Notes: a model not told the origin generated them from the letters alone. A stretch of DNA of 64,000 nucleotides from Patescibacteria group bacterium (GCA_019428855.1 JAHYJV010000002.1:1917-65916), one strand, 5' to 3'; positions 8,083 to 21,199 are shown, numbered from the stretch's first letter. Program-made: numbers and translations.

Positions 8083-9129
8083 TCAATACTTACGAAATTT
8101 TACTGAAAATTGCTTAAAGAATTGATCTTTTATAATCTCATGAGCTTCTCCACTTTTATCTAAAAGGTTGATTTTTGTCCTTCTCCTTTTTTGCTTTCCT
8201 GTTCTATAAGAAGCCTCTCCGTCTGGAATTATTACAAACAAACCTTCATCATATTTATCTAAAGCCTTAATTTTAAATTCTTCTAATTCAGAAACAACTT
8301 TTTCCTCAAAAAATGAAGGAATCTTATTTCCATCTGACTCCAAGAACTTCTGATTTTCACTTTTTTTTACATAAGTAATTAAGTTTTTACATACAAAATC
8401 AGCTGTACTAGAATCATATCTTCTGGTTTTAACCTGGCATGGTATTTTAGATATATTATTTCCTACGGTTACAATTATAAAAAAGTCAATTTTTTCATCA
8501 ACATCTTCCTCTGCTGTAGATGATTCAATCCTAAAACTGTCAACTTTTGATAATTGAGTAATATTATTTAACCCTTCTATAAGACTTTCTGCTGCCAATT
8601 GACCACAAATACCTCGTTTGTTTGCCTTATATGATAAATCATATTTATCCCCTTTCTCTTTCAATAATTCAAAATATTCCTGATTATTACTATATTGTTT
8701 TTCTAAATCGTTCCAAATATTATTTATTGCTATAATTTTATCTTTCTCAGGTAAATTATTATCGTTTTTTATAGATTTAATTATATTTGTAATTTTATCC
8801 ATCCAAATTGCATCTTCTATCGCAAGCTCTCTTAAAATCTTAAAATCCTTTCCTTCCTTTCCTTTCTCTATTTTAAGCCTTGTGAAATTTCTTTGCATAT
8901 TAGCCCGTACTCCTAACATGGCATCTAAAATAATAATATCTTTTTCTTCTTTTATTCCCAACTTTTCAATTATTTTTTCAGTTATTTGTTCCAAATTATC
9001 AGACTTTATCTCTGGACATAATTCTAATTCAGCTTTAATTCCTTCATAAATAGCATCATCAACGATTTCATGATTTCCTTCTGTTTCCAATGAAATATCG
9101 ATTGTAGGCGGTATATCAAATTTTTGCAT
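8083..9129 (-). CDS. hypothetical protein with C-terminal PD-(D/E)xK-like motif set
   Basis: 348 aa, clean ORF. The N-terminal ~170 aa are helical with no recognisable motif. The C-terminal half has 'QLAAESL...', 'DEKIDFFIIV' and, about 10 aa later, 'PCQVKT', an E...D...(Q/E)xK arrangement like restriction-endonuclease-fold nucleases. Inference only. Confidence 0.4.
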   Translation of the reverse strand: MQKFDIPPTIDISLETEGNHEIVDDAIYEGIKAELELCPEIKSDNLEQITEKIIEKLGIKEEKDIIILDAMLGVRANMQRNFTRLKIEKGKEGKDFKILRELAIEDAIWMDKITNIIKSIKNDNNLPEKDKIIAINNIWNDLEKQYSNNQEYFELLKEKGDKYDLSYKANKRGICGQLAAESLIEGLNNITQLSKVDSFRIESSTAEEDVDEKIDFFIIVTVGNNISKIPCQVKTRRYDSSTADFVCKNLITYVKKSENQKFLESDGNKIPSFFEEKVVSELEEFKIKALDKYDEGLFVIIPDGEASYRTGKQKRRRTKINLLDKSGEAHEIIKDQFFKQFSVKFRKY

Positions 9130-9230
9130 AAAATATATTTCTTAGTTTCTAGAATTTAACGCAATAGTGTTATTATTAATTAAAATTCGAAATATTAAAT
9201 TAAAACTATTTCATCTAACAAATTTACTTA

Positions 9231-10502
9231 TTATATTTTCAACATTTTTACAAACTCTCTCTCTTCTTTCCTTTTAAAAGGTCCGACAAGCACCAAATTC
9301 AATTTTTTATTCATGAATATATCCTTTGCCACGCGTTGGATGTCTTCAATTTTCACTTTGTCTAGTAAAGCGAATTTTTCTTCTGGTGTTTGTATATTTT
9401 CTGTTAAAAGCTCTTGGTCGGCAAAATAATTTGCCATCGCTGAAGAAGATTCAAGACGCATAATTGTCCTACTCTTTATTTGATCTTTAACCTTTTTCAA
9501 TTCTTCTTTAGAAACTCCTTTAACGGCAATCTTCTTGTATTCTGTTAATATTACATTAATTGCCTTTTGAACATTTTTTATATCAACCCCAGCCTGAGTG
9601 GTCAAATATCCAGTATCAGTATAAAATTCTGGACTAGAAAAAATATAATAAGCCAAACCTAGTTTTTCTCTGACAGAAATGAAAAGGCGTGAACTCATTC
9701 CTCCGCCGAGAATTACTGAAAGTAAAGTTAGTGCATGCTTATCTGGATGTTTTGTATCATATCCCCTAACTCCGATACTCAAGTGAACTTGATTAGTTTG
9801 CTTGGGATAGATAAGTATTTTTGATTTGCTTTGATTTTCACAAATCTCTATCGCCTTTTCTCTTTTACCTTCTTTAAAATTCTGAAAATATTTTCTTGCC
9901 ATTTTAACAGCTGAATTGCTTTCAATCGCGCCCGCAATAACTAAAGTTGCATTACTTGCTACATAATGATTTCTGAAATAGCTGATTAATTCTTTTCGAT
10001 TTATTGAGTTTACAGTTTCAGGTGTGCCGATAATTTCTCGTCCCATTGGGGTTTTTCCATACAAGAGCGTTTCAAATAAATCAGCCACATATCTCGGTGG
10101 ATCATCTTTAACCATTTTAATCTCTTCCTGAATAGTACCTCTTTCTCTTTCAATCTCTTTTGACAAAAAAAGGGAATTAAAAAGCATATCAGAAATAACA
10201 TCCAAGGCGACATCAAGATGAAAAACTGGAACCTTAACATAAAAACCAGTATATTCTTTTGAAGTAAAAGCATTAAAATCCGCTCCAATCCTTTCTAGTT
10301 CTTCAGAAATCATTAGGGCATTAGGTCTTTTCTTCGTCCCTTTAAAGAATAAATGCTCTAAATAATGTGAAATTCCACTAATTTTTTCCGTTTCAAACCG
10401 AGAACCTGTTCCGACAAGAACAAGAACTGTCACAGTTTTTGTTCCTTCCATTGGCACAGTAATAATTCTTAGGCCATTTGAGAGTTTGTTTTTCTTGAAC
10501 AT
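9231..10502 (-). CDS. M16-family (insulinase/pitrilysin-like) zinc peptidase
   Basis: 423 aa. Inverted zinc motif 'HYLEHLFFKGT' (HxxEH) and a downstream 'E...E' region. Confidence 0.9.
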   Translation of the reverse strand: MFKKNKLSNGLRIITVPMEGTKTVTVLVLVGTGSRFETEKISGISHYLEHLFFKGTKKRPNALMISEELERIGADFNAFTSKEYTGFYVKVPVFHLDVALDVISDMLFNSLFLSKEIERERGTIQEEIKMVKDDPPRYVADLFETLLYGKTPMGREIIGTPETVNSINRKELISYFRNHYVASNATLVIAGAIESNSAVKMARKYFQNFKEGKREKAIEICENQSKSKILIYPKQTNQVHLSIGVRGYDTKHPDKHALTLLSVILGGGMSSRLFISVREKLGLAYYIFSSPEFYTDTGYLTTQAGVDIKNVQKAINVILTEYKKIAVKGVSKEELKKVKDQIKSRTIMRLESSSAMANYFADQELLTENIQTPEEKFALLDKVKIEDIQRVAKDIFMNKKLNLVLVGPFKRKEEREFVKMLKI

Positions 10503-10547
10503 TTATTTAATATTAATTTAAAAATTTTTATCCATAATAACAAACAA

Positions 10548-11654
10548 CTAAAAATATTTATGAGCAGATTTAATACATTCAGCGATTAAGTTAGCACATT
10601 GTTTGAGATCTTTCAAATCAAGAACTTCGACTGGAGAATGTATATATCTAGTAGCAACGCAAAGTCCGCCAGAAGGTATCCCTTCTTTGGTCATGTTTAT
10701 AATCGCCGCGTCGGTCATTCCTCCTTCAGTAACACTTAGCTGATATGGAATTTTGGCATTTTCAGACGTTTCTTTCATCCATTCTAGAACTGATTGTGAA
10801 ACCACAATACCCACCCCTTGAGCATCGCTTACTGTAATCGACGGACCTTCTCCAATCGAAAGCGAAGATTGTTTCTTTTCCACGCCAGGATGATCTCCGG
10901 GTATATTCACATCAGTTGCAATAGCGACATCTGGATTCAAGCTATATGCTGAAGTTCTCGCTCCTTTGAGGCCTACTTCTTCTTGAACTGTACCGACAAA
11001 ATGAACTTTTGCTTTTACTTTACTTTTACTTATAAGTCTTGCAGCTTCAATCATCATTACAATTCCAGCGCGATTATCAAACGCTTTTCCAGTAACCATA
11101 TCCCCTGCTAATGATTCAAATTTTCGATCCAAAGTTATCGTATCACCAACTCGAACTCCAATTTTTTCAGCATCTTTTTTGTCATTTGCTCCAATATCGA
11201 GATACATATCTCCAATTGAAATGACTTTTTTTGATTCCTCTGCTTTCATAATATGAGGAGGTTTTGAACCCACAACGCCTATAATTGATTTATTTTTGGT
11301 ATGAATAAGAACCCTTTGATTCAAGAGCGTTTGATCGAACCATCCACCAGATTTTGAAAAATATATAAAACCATTGTCGTCAATATATTTTACCATAAAT
11401 CCAATTTCATCCATATGAGCTGCAATCATAACCACCGGACCATCTCCATTTTTGGTAGCGATTAAATTACCAAGCTTGTCCGTGTAAACTTCATCAACAT
11501 AAGGACTTATCTCTTTTTCTAAAATAGCCCTTACTTTTTTCTCATGTCCTGAAATTCCATGAGCATTAGAAAGTTTTTCCAATAAATTTTTGATTTCCAC
11601 TAAATTTTCCTTTTTTGGTACTGATTTTGCTGTGTTCTTCTTTTTTGATTCCAT
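10548..11654 (-). CDS. M42-family aminopeptidase (FrvX/glutamyl aminopeptidase-like)
   Basis: 368 aa. 'ISGHEKKVR', 'AAHMDEIGF', 'KAFDNRAG', 'VQEEVGLKGA' and 'IHSPVE' are typical of M42 peptidases. Confidence 0.85.
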   Translation of the reverse strand: MESKKKNTAKSVPKKENLVEIKNLLEKLSNAHGISGHEKKVRAILEKEISPYVDEVYTDKLGNLIATKNGDGPVVMIAAHMDEIGFMVKYIDDNGFIYFSKSGGWFDQTLLNQRVLIHTKNKSIIGVVGSKPPHIMKAEESKKVISIGDMYLDIGANDKKDAEKIGVRVGDTITLDRKFESLAGDMVTGKAFDNRAGIVMMIEAARLISKSKVKAKVHFVGTVQEEVGLKGARTSAYSLNPDVAIATDVNIPGDHPGVEKKQSSLSIGEGPSITVSDAQGVGIVVSQSVLEWMKETSENAKIPYQLSVTEGGMTDAAIINMTKEGIPSGGLCVATRYIHSPVEVLDLKDLKQCANLIAECIKSAHKYF

Positions 11655-11685
11655 ACTTTATTATTTTAAATTAATTATAGATCTA

Positions 11686-12792
11686 TTAAATCTCCAATAC
11701 CTTTGGAAATTTTGTCAGATTCTGACATCCTGTTTTTGTCACCACCACTAAATCTTCAATTCGAACGCCGCCAATTTCAGGATAATATATTCCTGGTTCG
11801 ACAGTTACAACATTGCCAACTTTTAATGGTTTTTTATTCCCATTCCCAATATTGGGCAGTTCGTGGATATTAAGTCCCACACCATGCCCCGTTCCATGAA
11901 AAAATCCATTCATTTTTCCATTTTTTTCACCTGTTTGAAATCCTGCTTTTACAAAATATTTCTCAACTTTCTGATGAATTAAATTTGGTTTGGCACCTTT
12001 TTTAATTTTTCTAAGAGCAATTTTCTGTGCCTTCAAAACCGCCTCGTACATTTTTTTCATTTCATCAGTCGCCTTCCCTTTCACAACTGTCCGAGTCATA
12101 TCCGCAAAATATCTCTGAGTTTTTGATTTCGGAAATATATCAATTATAATTAATTGATTCGCTAATAACGGTCCACTACCGAGGTTATGAGGCTGAGCAC
12201 TATCTTTCCCACAAGAAACTATATTAGACTCAGAATAACAATCATTTTTCAAGAATTCAATATTGATGATATTTTTCAGATACTCAGAAGTGAGAATATT
12301 TTTTTGATAAAGTAATTTTCCGTCCTTTCTAATTTTTGATTTTTTAATAATATTCAATGCTTTTTTCATAGCTTTCTCGTTCACTCTTTGAACTGCAGTA
12401 ATTTTTTTAATTTCATTATCTTTTTTTATCTCTCGTTCATAAAAAAATGGCTCCTTTACATCAATTTCAATTCCGTTTTCAATTAATATTTTGGCATATT
12501 TTATTTTCAAATTTCCAGGAACTTGCACAATTTTAATCTTACTATCTTTCAAAATATTTATCAAGATATTGCCAAATGTATTTCGATTAATTCCTGAAGT
12601 ATATTCTGAATAATTCCGAACTTCACAGTCTTTCGCCTCTAATTTTGCTCTGTCAAATTCAAAATCATCAATATAAATTATCTTCTTTTTTGCATTCTCT
12701 GAATAAATAAAATCATCTGATGCCAAAAATCCAGTTGCATAAAACATGTTTGAATCGTTTTGGCTATTTGAGATTATTAATTTTGCTGGCAT
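11686..12792 (-). CDS. M24-family Xaa-Pro aminopeptidase
   Basis: 'DIFPKSK..YFADMTRT', 'HGTGHGVGLNIHE', 'VTVEPGIY' and 'GGVRIEDLV' form the pita-bread metal-ligand set. Start placed at ATG 12792 (MPAKL); the track ORF starts 13 codons upstream at 12831. Confidence 0.85.
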   Translation of the reverse strand: MPAKLIISNSQNDSNMFYATGFLASDDFIYSENAKKKIIYIDDFEFDRAKLEAKDCEVRNYSEYTSGINRNTFGNILINILKDSKIKIVQVPGNLKIKYAKILIENGIEIDVKEPFFYEREIKKDNEIKKITAVQRVNEKAMKKALNIIKKSKIRKDGKLLYQKNILTSEYLKNIINIEFLKNDCYSESNIVSCGKDSAQPHNLGSGPLLANQLIIIDIFPKSKTQRYFADMTRTVVKGKATDEMKKMYEAVLKAQKIALRKIKKGAKPNLIHQKVEKYFVKAGFQTGEKNGKMNGFFHGTGHGVGLNIHELPNIGNGNKKPLKVGNVVTVEPGIYYPEIGGVRIEDLVVVTKTGCQNLTKFPKVLEI

Positions 12793-12983
12793 GGATTTGT
12801 AATGTTTAATTTTTATAATTATCAAACTCACTAATTAATAGAGATTTATAGATCATATTCCTGGAGTAGCTCCAATAAATTTAAAAACTATACTTTTAAA
12901 ATTTATTATTTGCATTAAATCATAAATTCCCTGCAGAATACTATACTTTAGCACAAATAATATCAAATGGAAACAAAAAGTGA

Positions 12984-14099
12984 CTATTGTTCTTCTTTGA
13001 TTAATTCATAATTACGACCCTTCAGATACACGCTTTGGACAATTCCAATTCCCATTAAAAAGGCAAAAAGAGAGCTTCCTCCGTAGCTGATAAACGGTAA
13101 TGGAATTCCAGTGACAGGCATAATTCCTAAATTCATGCCAATATTAATAAGCACATGAAAACCAAGTAACACTGCTATTCCAATAATAAGCAATTTGCCA
13201 AAGTTATCCTGCACTTCGTCAATTATTTTAAATATTCTATAAAATAAAATGGCAAATAAAATTAAAACTATCACCACACCAATAAATCCCAGTTCCTCAG
13301 CAATAACTGCAAATATGAAATCTGTATGCTTTTCAGGCAAGAAATTTAATTGACTTTGAGAACCATGTCCAAGTCCTTTGCCCCAAAATTGTCCAGATCC
13401 GATAGCAATAATCGATTGATTGACATTATATCCTGCTCCTTGCAAATCTATTTGAGGATTAATAAATGTTGTGATTCTGTTTTTTTGATAGTCTGCTAAA
13501 AAAAATGACCAACCTAAAACAAAAATGATAATTGCCGAACACAGAATTATGTATAAACTAGATTTATTTAGTCCAGAAATTAGGAGCATTGAAAACCAAA
13601 TTACCAAGACCACAATTGCACTTCCAAAATCTGGTTGTAATAAAATTAACAAAACAGGTAATGAAACATATATAGCTGATACCAGCATTTTTTTTATATC
13701 AACCATTATGTTTTTTAGAGCAGCTAAATATTTAGCCATCACAATAATTATGATTATTTTTACAAATTCAGCAGGTTGAACATTAAACATTCCAAAGCTA
13801 AACCAACTAGATGTCCCGCGCACAAATGAACCATAAAAAAGAACGATAATTAAAATAAAACAGGCAAATAAATAAAATATGCCTGTATAATTCTTTAGAG
13901 ATCTATAATCGATATTACTGACAAAAATCATTACAATTATCCCGAGGAGCGCGAAATACAATTGTTTATTAAAATTTATAAAATCAACCCCGCCTGAACT
14001 ATACGAAGTACTGAGTATGACAATCAATCCAATCAAAATTAGAGCAATCGTAGAAAATAATAATGCTTTATCGAGTTTATTAACAAAGTTTAAATTCAT
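12984..14099 (-). CDS. FtsW/RodA/SpoVE-family SEDS glycosyltransferase
   Basis: 371 aa, about 10 TM segments. 'QPAEFVK', 'PDFGSA', 'LPEKHTDFIFA' and 'GIPLPFISYGGSS' are SEDS signatures. Confidence 0.9.
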   Translation of the reverse strand: MNLNFVNKLDKALLFSTIALILIGLIVILSTSYSSGGVDFINFNKQLYFALLGIIVMIFVSNIDYRSLKNYTGIFYLFACFILIIVLFYGSFVRGTSSWFSFGMFNVQPAEFVKIIIIIVMAKYLAALKNIMVDIKKMLVSAIYVSLPVLLILLQPDFGSAIVVLVIWFSMLLISGLNKSSLYIILCSAIIIFVLGWSFFLADYQKNRITTFINPQIDLQGAGYNVNQSIIAIGSGQFWGKGLGHGSQSQLNFLPEKHTDFIFAVIAEELGFIGVVIVLILFAILFYRIFKIIDEVQDNFGKLLIIGIAVLLGFHVLINIGMNLGIMPVTGIPLPFISYGGSSLFAFLMGIGIVQSVYLKGRNYELIKEEQ

Positions 14100-14123
14100 T
14101 GCTCAAAGAATACTGATTAGGAA

Positions 14124-14993
14124 CTACCTAGGAATTGAATATGACTCCCCTGTACCATATTCCTTCATAAAATTAAATCCGTTAAAAATATTGGTTTGTG
14201 CTTCATAATCAATATGATCAATTTCATTTTTAAATTCATTAAGCCAGAATATTCTGAATTCCCAACCATCTCCAGAAGCCATTGTTGCTTGTTCCGTAAT
14301 ACCAGCACCTATAACATCATCATTCTCATCAAAAACAACAACTGCTATATCTACATTATAAAAACTATATCTTGAATTATTTTTTGTTTCTCCATAGACA
14401 TAATATTGTTCTGGTCCTTCTTCAACAAATTCACCGTAAGTATTTTTAATTTGAATAATCTCAACATTATAATCTAGAAGTTCTCGGGAGTCCTTGATTT
14501 CATTCCAAACATAATCAAATAGTTGAATTTTAATATCGCTGATTTCCCCTTCATATTTAAAATTATCATATATCACATATTTCCCAGTCTCGTCTTTAAT
14601 AAAACCACTTGGCATAATATATGTTTCTCTGTCTTCAGAATTCGTCAAATTACCATTTTCATCAAATATTTGAAATCTGTATCCTAAAGAAGATAAACCC
14701 CAAGATACATTACTGTTTGAAATTCTAGCAACTAGATCATAGCTTCCTTCACCGTCTTGGACATAATCAATAAATTTCAGACTAATATCACTGGCATCAG
14801 GAGGCATTAGTGGAGGTGGACATTTCTTCGCGCAAATTCCACCACAATCAATTTTTTCTTCGCCTAAATCAAGCAAAGAATTGAAACAAATTTCAATAAC
14901 TGGAGGAAATAATATCTTATATAGCATAATTAAGCTGGTGATGAAAATCGCCAATATCATTGACTGTTTTATTAATCTTTGACCTTTTGACAT
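14124..14993 (-). CDS. hypothetical membrane-anchored protein
   Basis: 289 aa. N-terminal TM helix, Cys-rich 'CFNSLLDLGEEKIDCGGICAKKCPPP', then a beta-rich region. No recognisable catalytic motif. Confidence 0.7.
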   Translation of the reverse strand: MSKGQRLIKQSMILAIFITSLIMLYKILFPPVIEICFNSLLDLGEEKIDCGGICAKKCPPPLMPPDASDISLKFIDYVQDGEGSYDLVARISNSNVSWGLSSLGYRFQIFDENGNLTNSEDRETYIMPSGFIKDETGKYVIYDNFKYEGEISDIKIQLFDYVWNEIKDSRELLDYNVEIIQIKNTYGEFVEEGPEQYYVYGETKNNSRYSFYNVDIAVVVFDENDDVIGAGITEQATMASGDGWEFRIFWLNEFKNEIDHIDYEAQTNIFNGFNFMKEYGTGESYSIPR

Positions 14994-15020
14994 TTTTTAT
15001 TTTTTATATATTATAAATCT

Positions 15021-15049
15021 ATTATACTATTTTAAAAAAATATGGTCAA
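15021..15049 (-). promoter_or_regulatory. sigma70-type promoter for the 14993 operon (TTGACC-17-TATAAT)
   Basis: Reverse complement of ggtcaa (15044-15049) and attata (15021-15026), with an exact 17-nt spacer. It lies 28 nt upstream of the ATG at 14993. Confidence 0.65.
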
Positions 15050-15057
15050 TAAATCGA

Positions 15058-15108
15058 GGCTCTGCACTAATAACTGTGGTGGATAACTTAAGAAGTGGTA
15101 GAATAATA
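15058..15108 (-). repeat. promoter-proximal conserved module, copy A
   Basis: ggctctgcactaataactgtggtggataacttaagaagtggtagaataata. Starts exactly 8 nt from the -35 hexamer. Homology to copy C continues to about 15232. Confidence 0.9.
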
Positions 15109-15340
15109 TTTATAAATTAACAATTCACACTACTTCTCTGAAAAATGAGGTCAAAAAACTGTTTAATGATGTTCTTCCGAGTGAAGAAAGGAGCCGAGGA
15201 ATTCCTTTCAATCGGATATAAGTATCAAATCATTTAACTATGAAACCAAAATCCTCTTTTTGAGGCATGTGGTGAAATGACGCCATAGAAGGAATTAGTT
15301 TGTTGGTTAGATTAATATTTTCTTGACCTTTTTTATTTTT

Positions 15341-15660
15341 TTAAATTCTATAAAGATTATCTAATTTTTTATCACTTATTCTTTTTAGCTCCGCTAGGTT
15401 GAGTGATTGATGATTATTCTTAGTTTTTCTTTTTTTGATATTATATCTAAATCCATCAAGCGGCGGTAAAAAGTTTTTTCGATCGTATTTTCTCTTGATG
15501 CGTCCCCCGATTCTTTCTTTGGAAATTAATTTAATCACGGGTTGAAAAAAGTTCTTGTACAACCTTAATTCATTTTTGTTAAGATGTTTAAACAATCTAA
15601 TTCTTCTTGTGTGTTATATCGCAGATACCCAATCACTTGCCTAATATGCGTATAGTAATT
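15341..15660 (-). pseudogene. C-terminal remnant of an integrase-core (rve-type) IS transposase
   Basis: Track ORF 15341..15595 ('LYKNFFQPVIKLISKERIGGRIKRKYD') resembles the conserved C-terminal tail of rve-family transposases. Upstream sequence shows related fragments only in other frames with stops. No catalytic domain is present. Family assigned from memory. Confidence 0.4.
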
Positions 15661-15763
15661 TTTAACATTTCAGTTGATAAGAACGATTAAATTTCTGGAA
15701 GTGTCAAATGTAGAAAGTGCGGAATTTGACTGAAATATTACTTTATTCCCGCTTTCAAGTAGA

Positions 15764-15792
15764 ATTTCATTTCATTTCATTTCATTTCATTC
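15764..15792. repeat. (ATTTC)5 microsatellite
   Basis: Five perfect tandem ATTTC units at 15764-15788 plus a partial unit. Confidence 0.95.
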
Positions 15793-15994
15793 TATACTTC
15801 AAAACTATAAACCCTTGTCGTTGATTTCATATATTTTATTACACTTCTATGATTAACCATCTCACATTTTGATTCCTTTCAGGTATAATTCACCGCCCCC
15901 TGGGGCGTAATCTCTTTTTGTGATTTTCGACTTAAGTTATTATTTCGAAGATACCCCGTCTGCTTGCGGCGCAGTATAATTCATTTAAAACGCT

Positions 15995-16024
15995 AAAAAA
16001 AGACATATAAAATGTCTTTTTTTT
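15995..16024 (-). terminator. terminator of the 23S-5S transcription unit (bidirectional hairpin)
   Basis: aaagacat (15999-16006) pairs with atgtcttt (16012-16019), flanked by A and T runs. It lies about 20 nt downstream of the 5S 3' end on the minus strand. Confidence 0.7.
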
Positions 16025-16041
16025 AAATTTAGTATACAAAA

Positions 16042-16161
16042 TCTCCGGCGATGACCTACTCTCCCAACCCCGTACGGGGCAAGTACCATCAGCGCTAATG
16101 AGCTTAACTTCTGAGTTCGGAATGGTATCAGGTGTAACATCACCGCTAAAATCACCAGAGA
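16042..16161 (-). rRNA. rrf: 5S rRNA
   Basis: Reverse complement contains 'CCTGATACCATTCCGAACTCAGAAGTTAAGC' and 'GGGAGAGTAGGTCATCGCCGGAGA'. The terminal helix pairs UCUCUGGUGAU with AUCGCCGGAGA. Confidence 0.9.
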
Positions 16162-16317
16162 ATTTGTATACTAAATTATAATAGTGTATATAAAATTTTC
16201 AATATGTCAAATATAAAATTTTTTACATTCAATTGAATTATATAAATAGTTTTACAAACATTAAATGCCAGTTAATCCTTTTATTGCATTTTAATTTAAA
16301 AATGCAATTACATTAAA

Positions 16318-19375
<3,058 letters not shown>

Positions 19376-19683
19376 TAATGTAAGATTAACTAGCAATTAA
19401 AATTTGCAATTTAATATTTTATAATATTTTTTACCTATTTATATATATTCAATTGTCAATGATCATTCAAATCTTATATCTTCCGTTCATCTTCTAAATA
19501 TTAGAAAATGAATTAAAACTATAATTTTAAAAAATAAAACCGCCTTGTTCAGAGGCGATTTTAATCTTGTGATAATCACAAAATTAACCGCCATTTAATC
19601 ACTTAAATTCAATTCCATTTTTTTCATAACTTTATATTATGAATTAATGATTTTGCAAAATTAAAACTAAACATTACTTACAT

Positions 19684-19711
19684 AGAATAGCACAACTAAT
19701 AATACTGTCAA
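19684..19711 (-). promoter_or_regulatory. candidate promoter of the 23S-5S unit (TTGACA-16-TATTCT)
   Basis: Reverse complement of tgtcaa (19706-19711) and agaata (19684-19689). Same architecture and the same GTGCTATT -10 context as the 16S P2 promoter. Confidence 0.5.
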
Positions 19712-19782
19712 GTCTTAATTAATAATGCTTAAAACATAGAAAAAAAATTATTTTTTCAAGGAAGATTATACCTATTTATTGC

Positions 19783-19821
19783 TAAAATAAAAGAAGATAG
19801 ATAAGATTGATCTATCTTCTT
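19783..19821 (-). terminator. intrinsic terminator after the 227-aa membrane-protein gene
   Basis: Perfect 12-bp stem aagaagatagat (19791-19802) / atctatcttctt (19810-19821), followed on the minus strand by TTATTTTA. Confidence 0.7.
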
Positions 19822-19857
19822 TTTAGTGCTGTTAGACAAGTATTGAACAACAAGTTT

Positions 19858-20541
19858 CTATTTTAACTTATCTTTCAATTCATCCAGTAGTTCTTTCGCA
19901 TGGTATTGTCCACCCAATCCAAATGCAAGTCCTCCTGCAATGGCAAGCATTAAAGATAAACCACCTGCAAAAATCTTAATAATTTCCATACCAATTTGAA
20001 TTTGCTCCAGTACAACTAAGAATGTAAATATAATAATCGTCCACTTAAATAAAAATGCAACCAAATGATACATTCGAATTCCACTAGCTTTTGCCAGACC
20101 GTCTGTTGATTCGTACACAAGTTGAGAAATAATAACACCAATTGTCAAGCTAATAATCGCTAGAAATAAACTAGGTAGATAACTTAATATTTGTGCTAGA
20201 AATTCCGATACTTGTGGGATATCCATTATATCTACTACAAACTTTAAAGTAAATATCAGAATAAACCATTTAACCAACCAGCCTACGAGTTTCGAAATCG
20301 AAAAATTTATATTAATTCTTTTAAAACATTTTTTTATCCCAGCTTTTTCCAGCGATTTATCAATACTCATTTTTTCAAAAAGAATTTTTGTTAATTTTTC
20401 AAGTTCAACTGCAAACATCAAACCAATGAAGAAAACAAAGACTGCCGAAAAGATAGAACCCTCTATAAGAAATGCTTGATAAAAATTATAGATCGAACTT
20501 GGAATCTCGTAATAAACATCTGTAAATAAATTATATTGCAT
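19858..20541 (-). CDS. multi-pass membrane protein with repeated TM-helix motifs (MscS-associated 'conserved TM helix'-like)
   Basis: 227 aa, at least 4 TM segments with a repeated pattern, and a C-terminal 'GLGGQYHAKELLDELK'. The functional call is tentative. Confidence 0.6.
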   Translation of the reverse strand: MQYNLFTDVYYEIPSSIYNFYQAFLIEGSIFSAVFVFFIGLMFAVELEKLTKILFEKMSIDKSLEKAGIKKCFKRININFSISKLVGWLVKWFILIFTLKFVVDIMDIPQVSEFLAQILSYLPSLFLAIISLTIGVIISQLVYESTDGLAKASGIRMYHLVAFLFKWTIIIFTFLVVLEQIQIGMEIIKIFAGGLSLMLAIAGGLAFGLGGQYHAKELLDELKDKLK

Positions 20542-20785
20542 TTATAACACCCCCTTTCTTTTTATTTTTTTAATTAAATGTTATTAATTTTTTAAGAAAT
20601 TTATGAAAAAATATTATCTAAAATTGTTTTTATGTCTATGATAATATTATAACACATATTAATTATACTGCAATTTTATTTCGCAAGTTCTATATTGATT
20701 TTAAAATTATATTTTTTAGAAATAAAATCTTAGAAAGTTATCTCTGAGATTTTATTTGTGAACATTAAATTTTGGTGGTGTTTGT

Positions 20786-21191
20786 TTGAAAAAGTCAGAA
20801 CTCATTTTGAACAAAATACAGATTATGCTTGTTCAGAATAGAAAACCCCGCAAAAAGCGAGGGGCAAAAAATTTTCAATATTTAGGTTTTGCTACTTGTG
20901 GGATTTGTGGCTATGCCATAACCGCCGAAAGACATATTAAAAAAAGTGGTTTGAAATTTGTTTATTATTATTGCAACCACAAAAGCAAAACTGTTGCTCG
21001 CACTGAAAATTGTTTTTTTGCGGGAAGAAGCTTTAACCGAACAAGTAAAAAACCTTTGTCAAAAAGTTTCTTTGCCTGATGAGTGGTGGAAAAGAAAACA
21101 ATTGAGGAAAAATTATCGGATTTTGAACGAAAAGGTAATCATTGGCTCGAACTCATGCGAAACTGAATTATTGAAGCCAACCAAGCCGTAA
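20786..21191 (+). pseudogene. frameshifted fragment of a large serine recombinase (zinc-ribbon region only)
   Basis: Frame A: 'FATCGICGYAITAERHIKKSGLKFVYYYCNHKSK', the recombinase Zn-ribbon pattern CGxCG...YYxC. It continues only in another frame as 'FLREEALTEQVKNLCQKVSLPDEW'. The N-terminal resolvase catalytic domain is absent. Confidence 0.6.
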
Positions 21192-21199
21192 ATCTCTAT

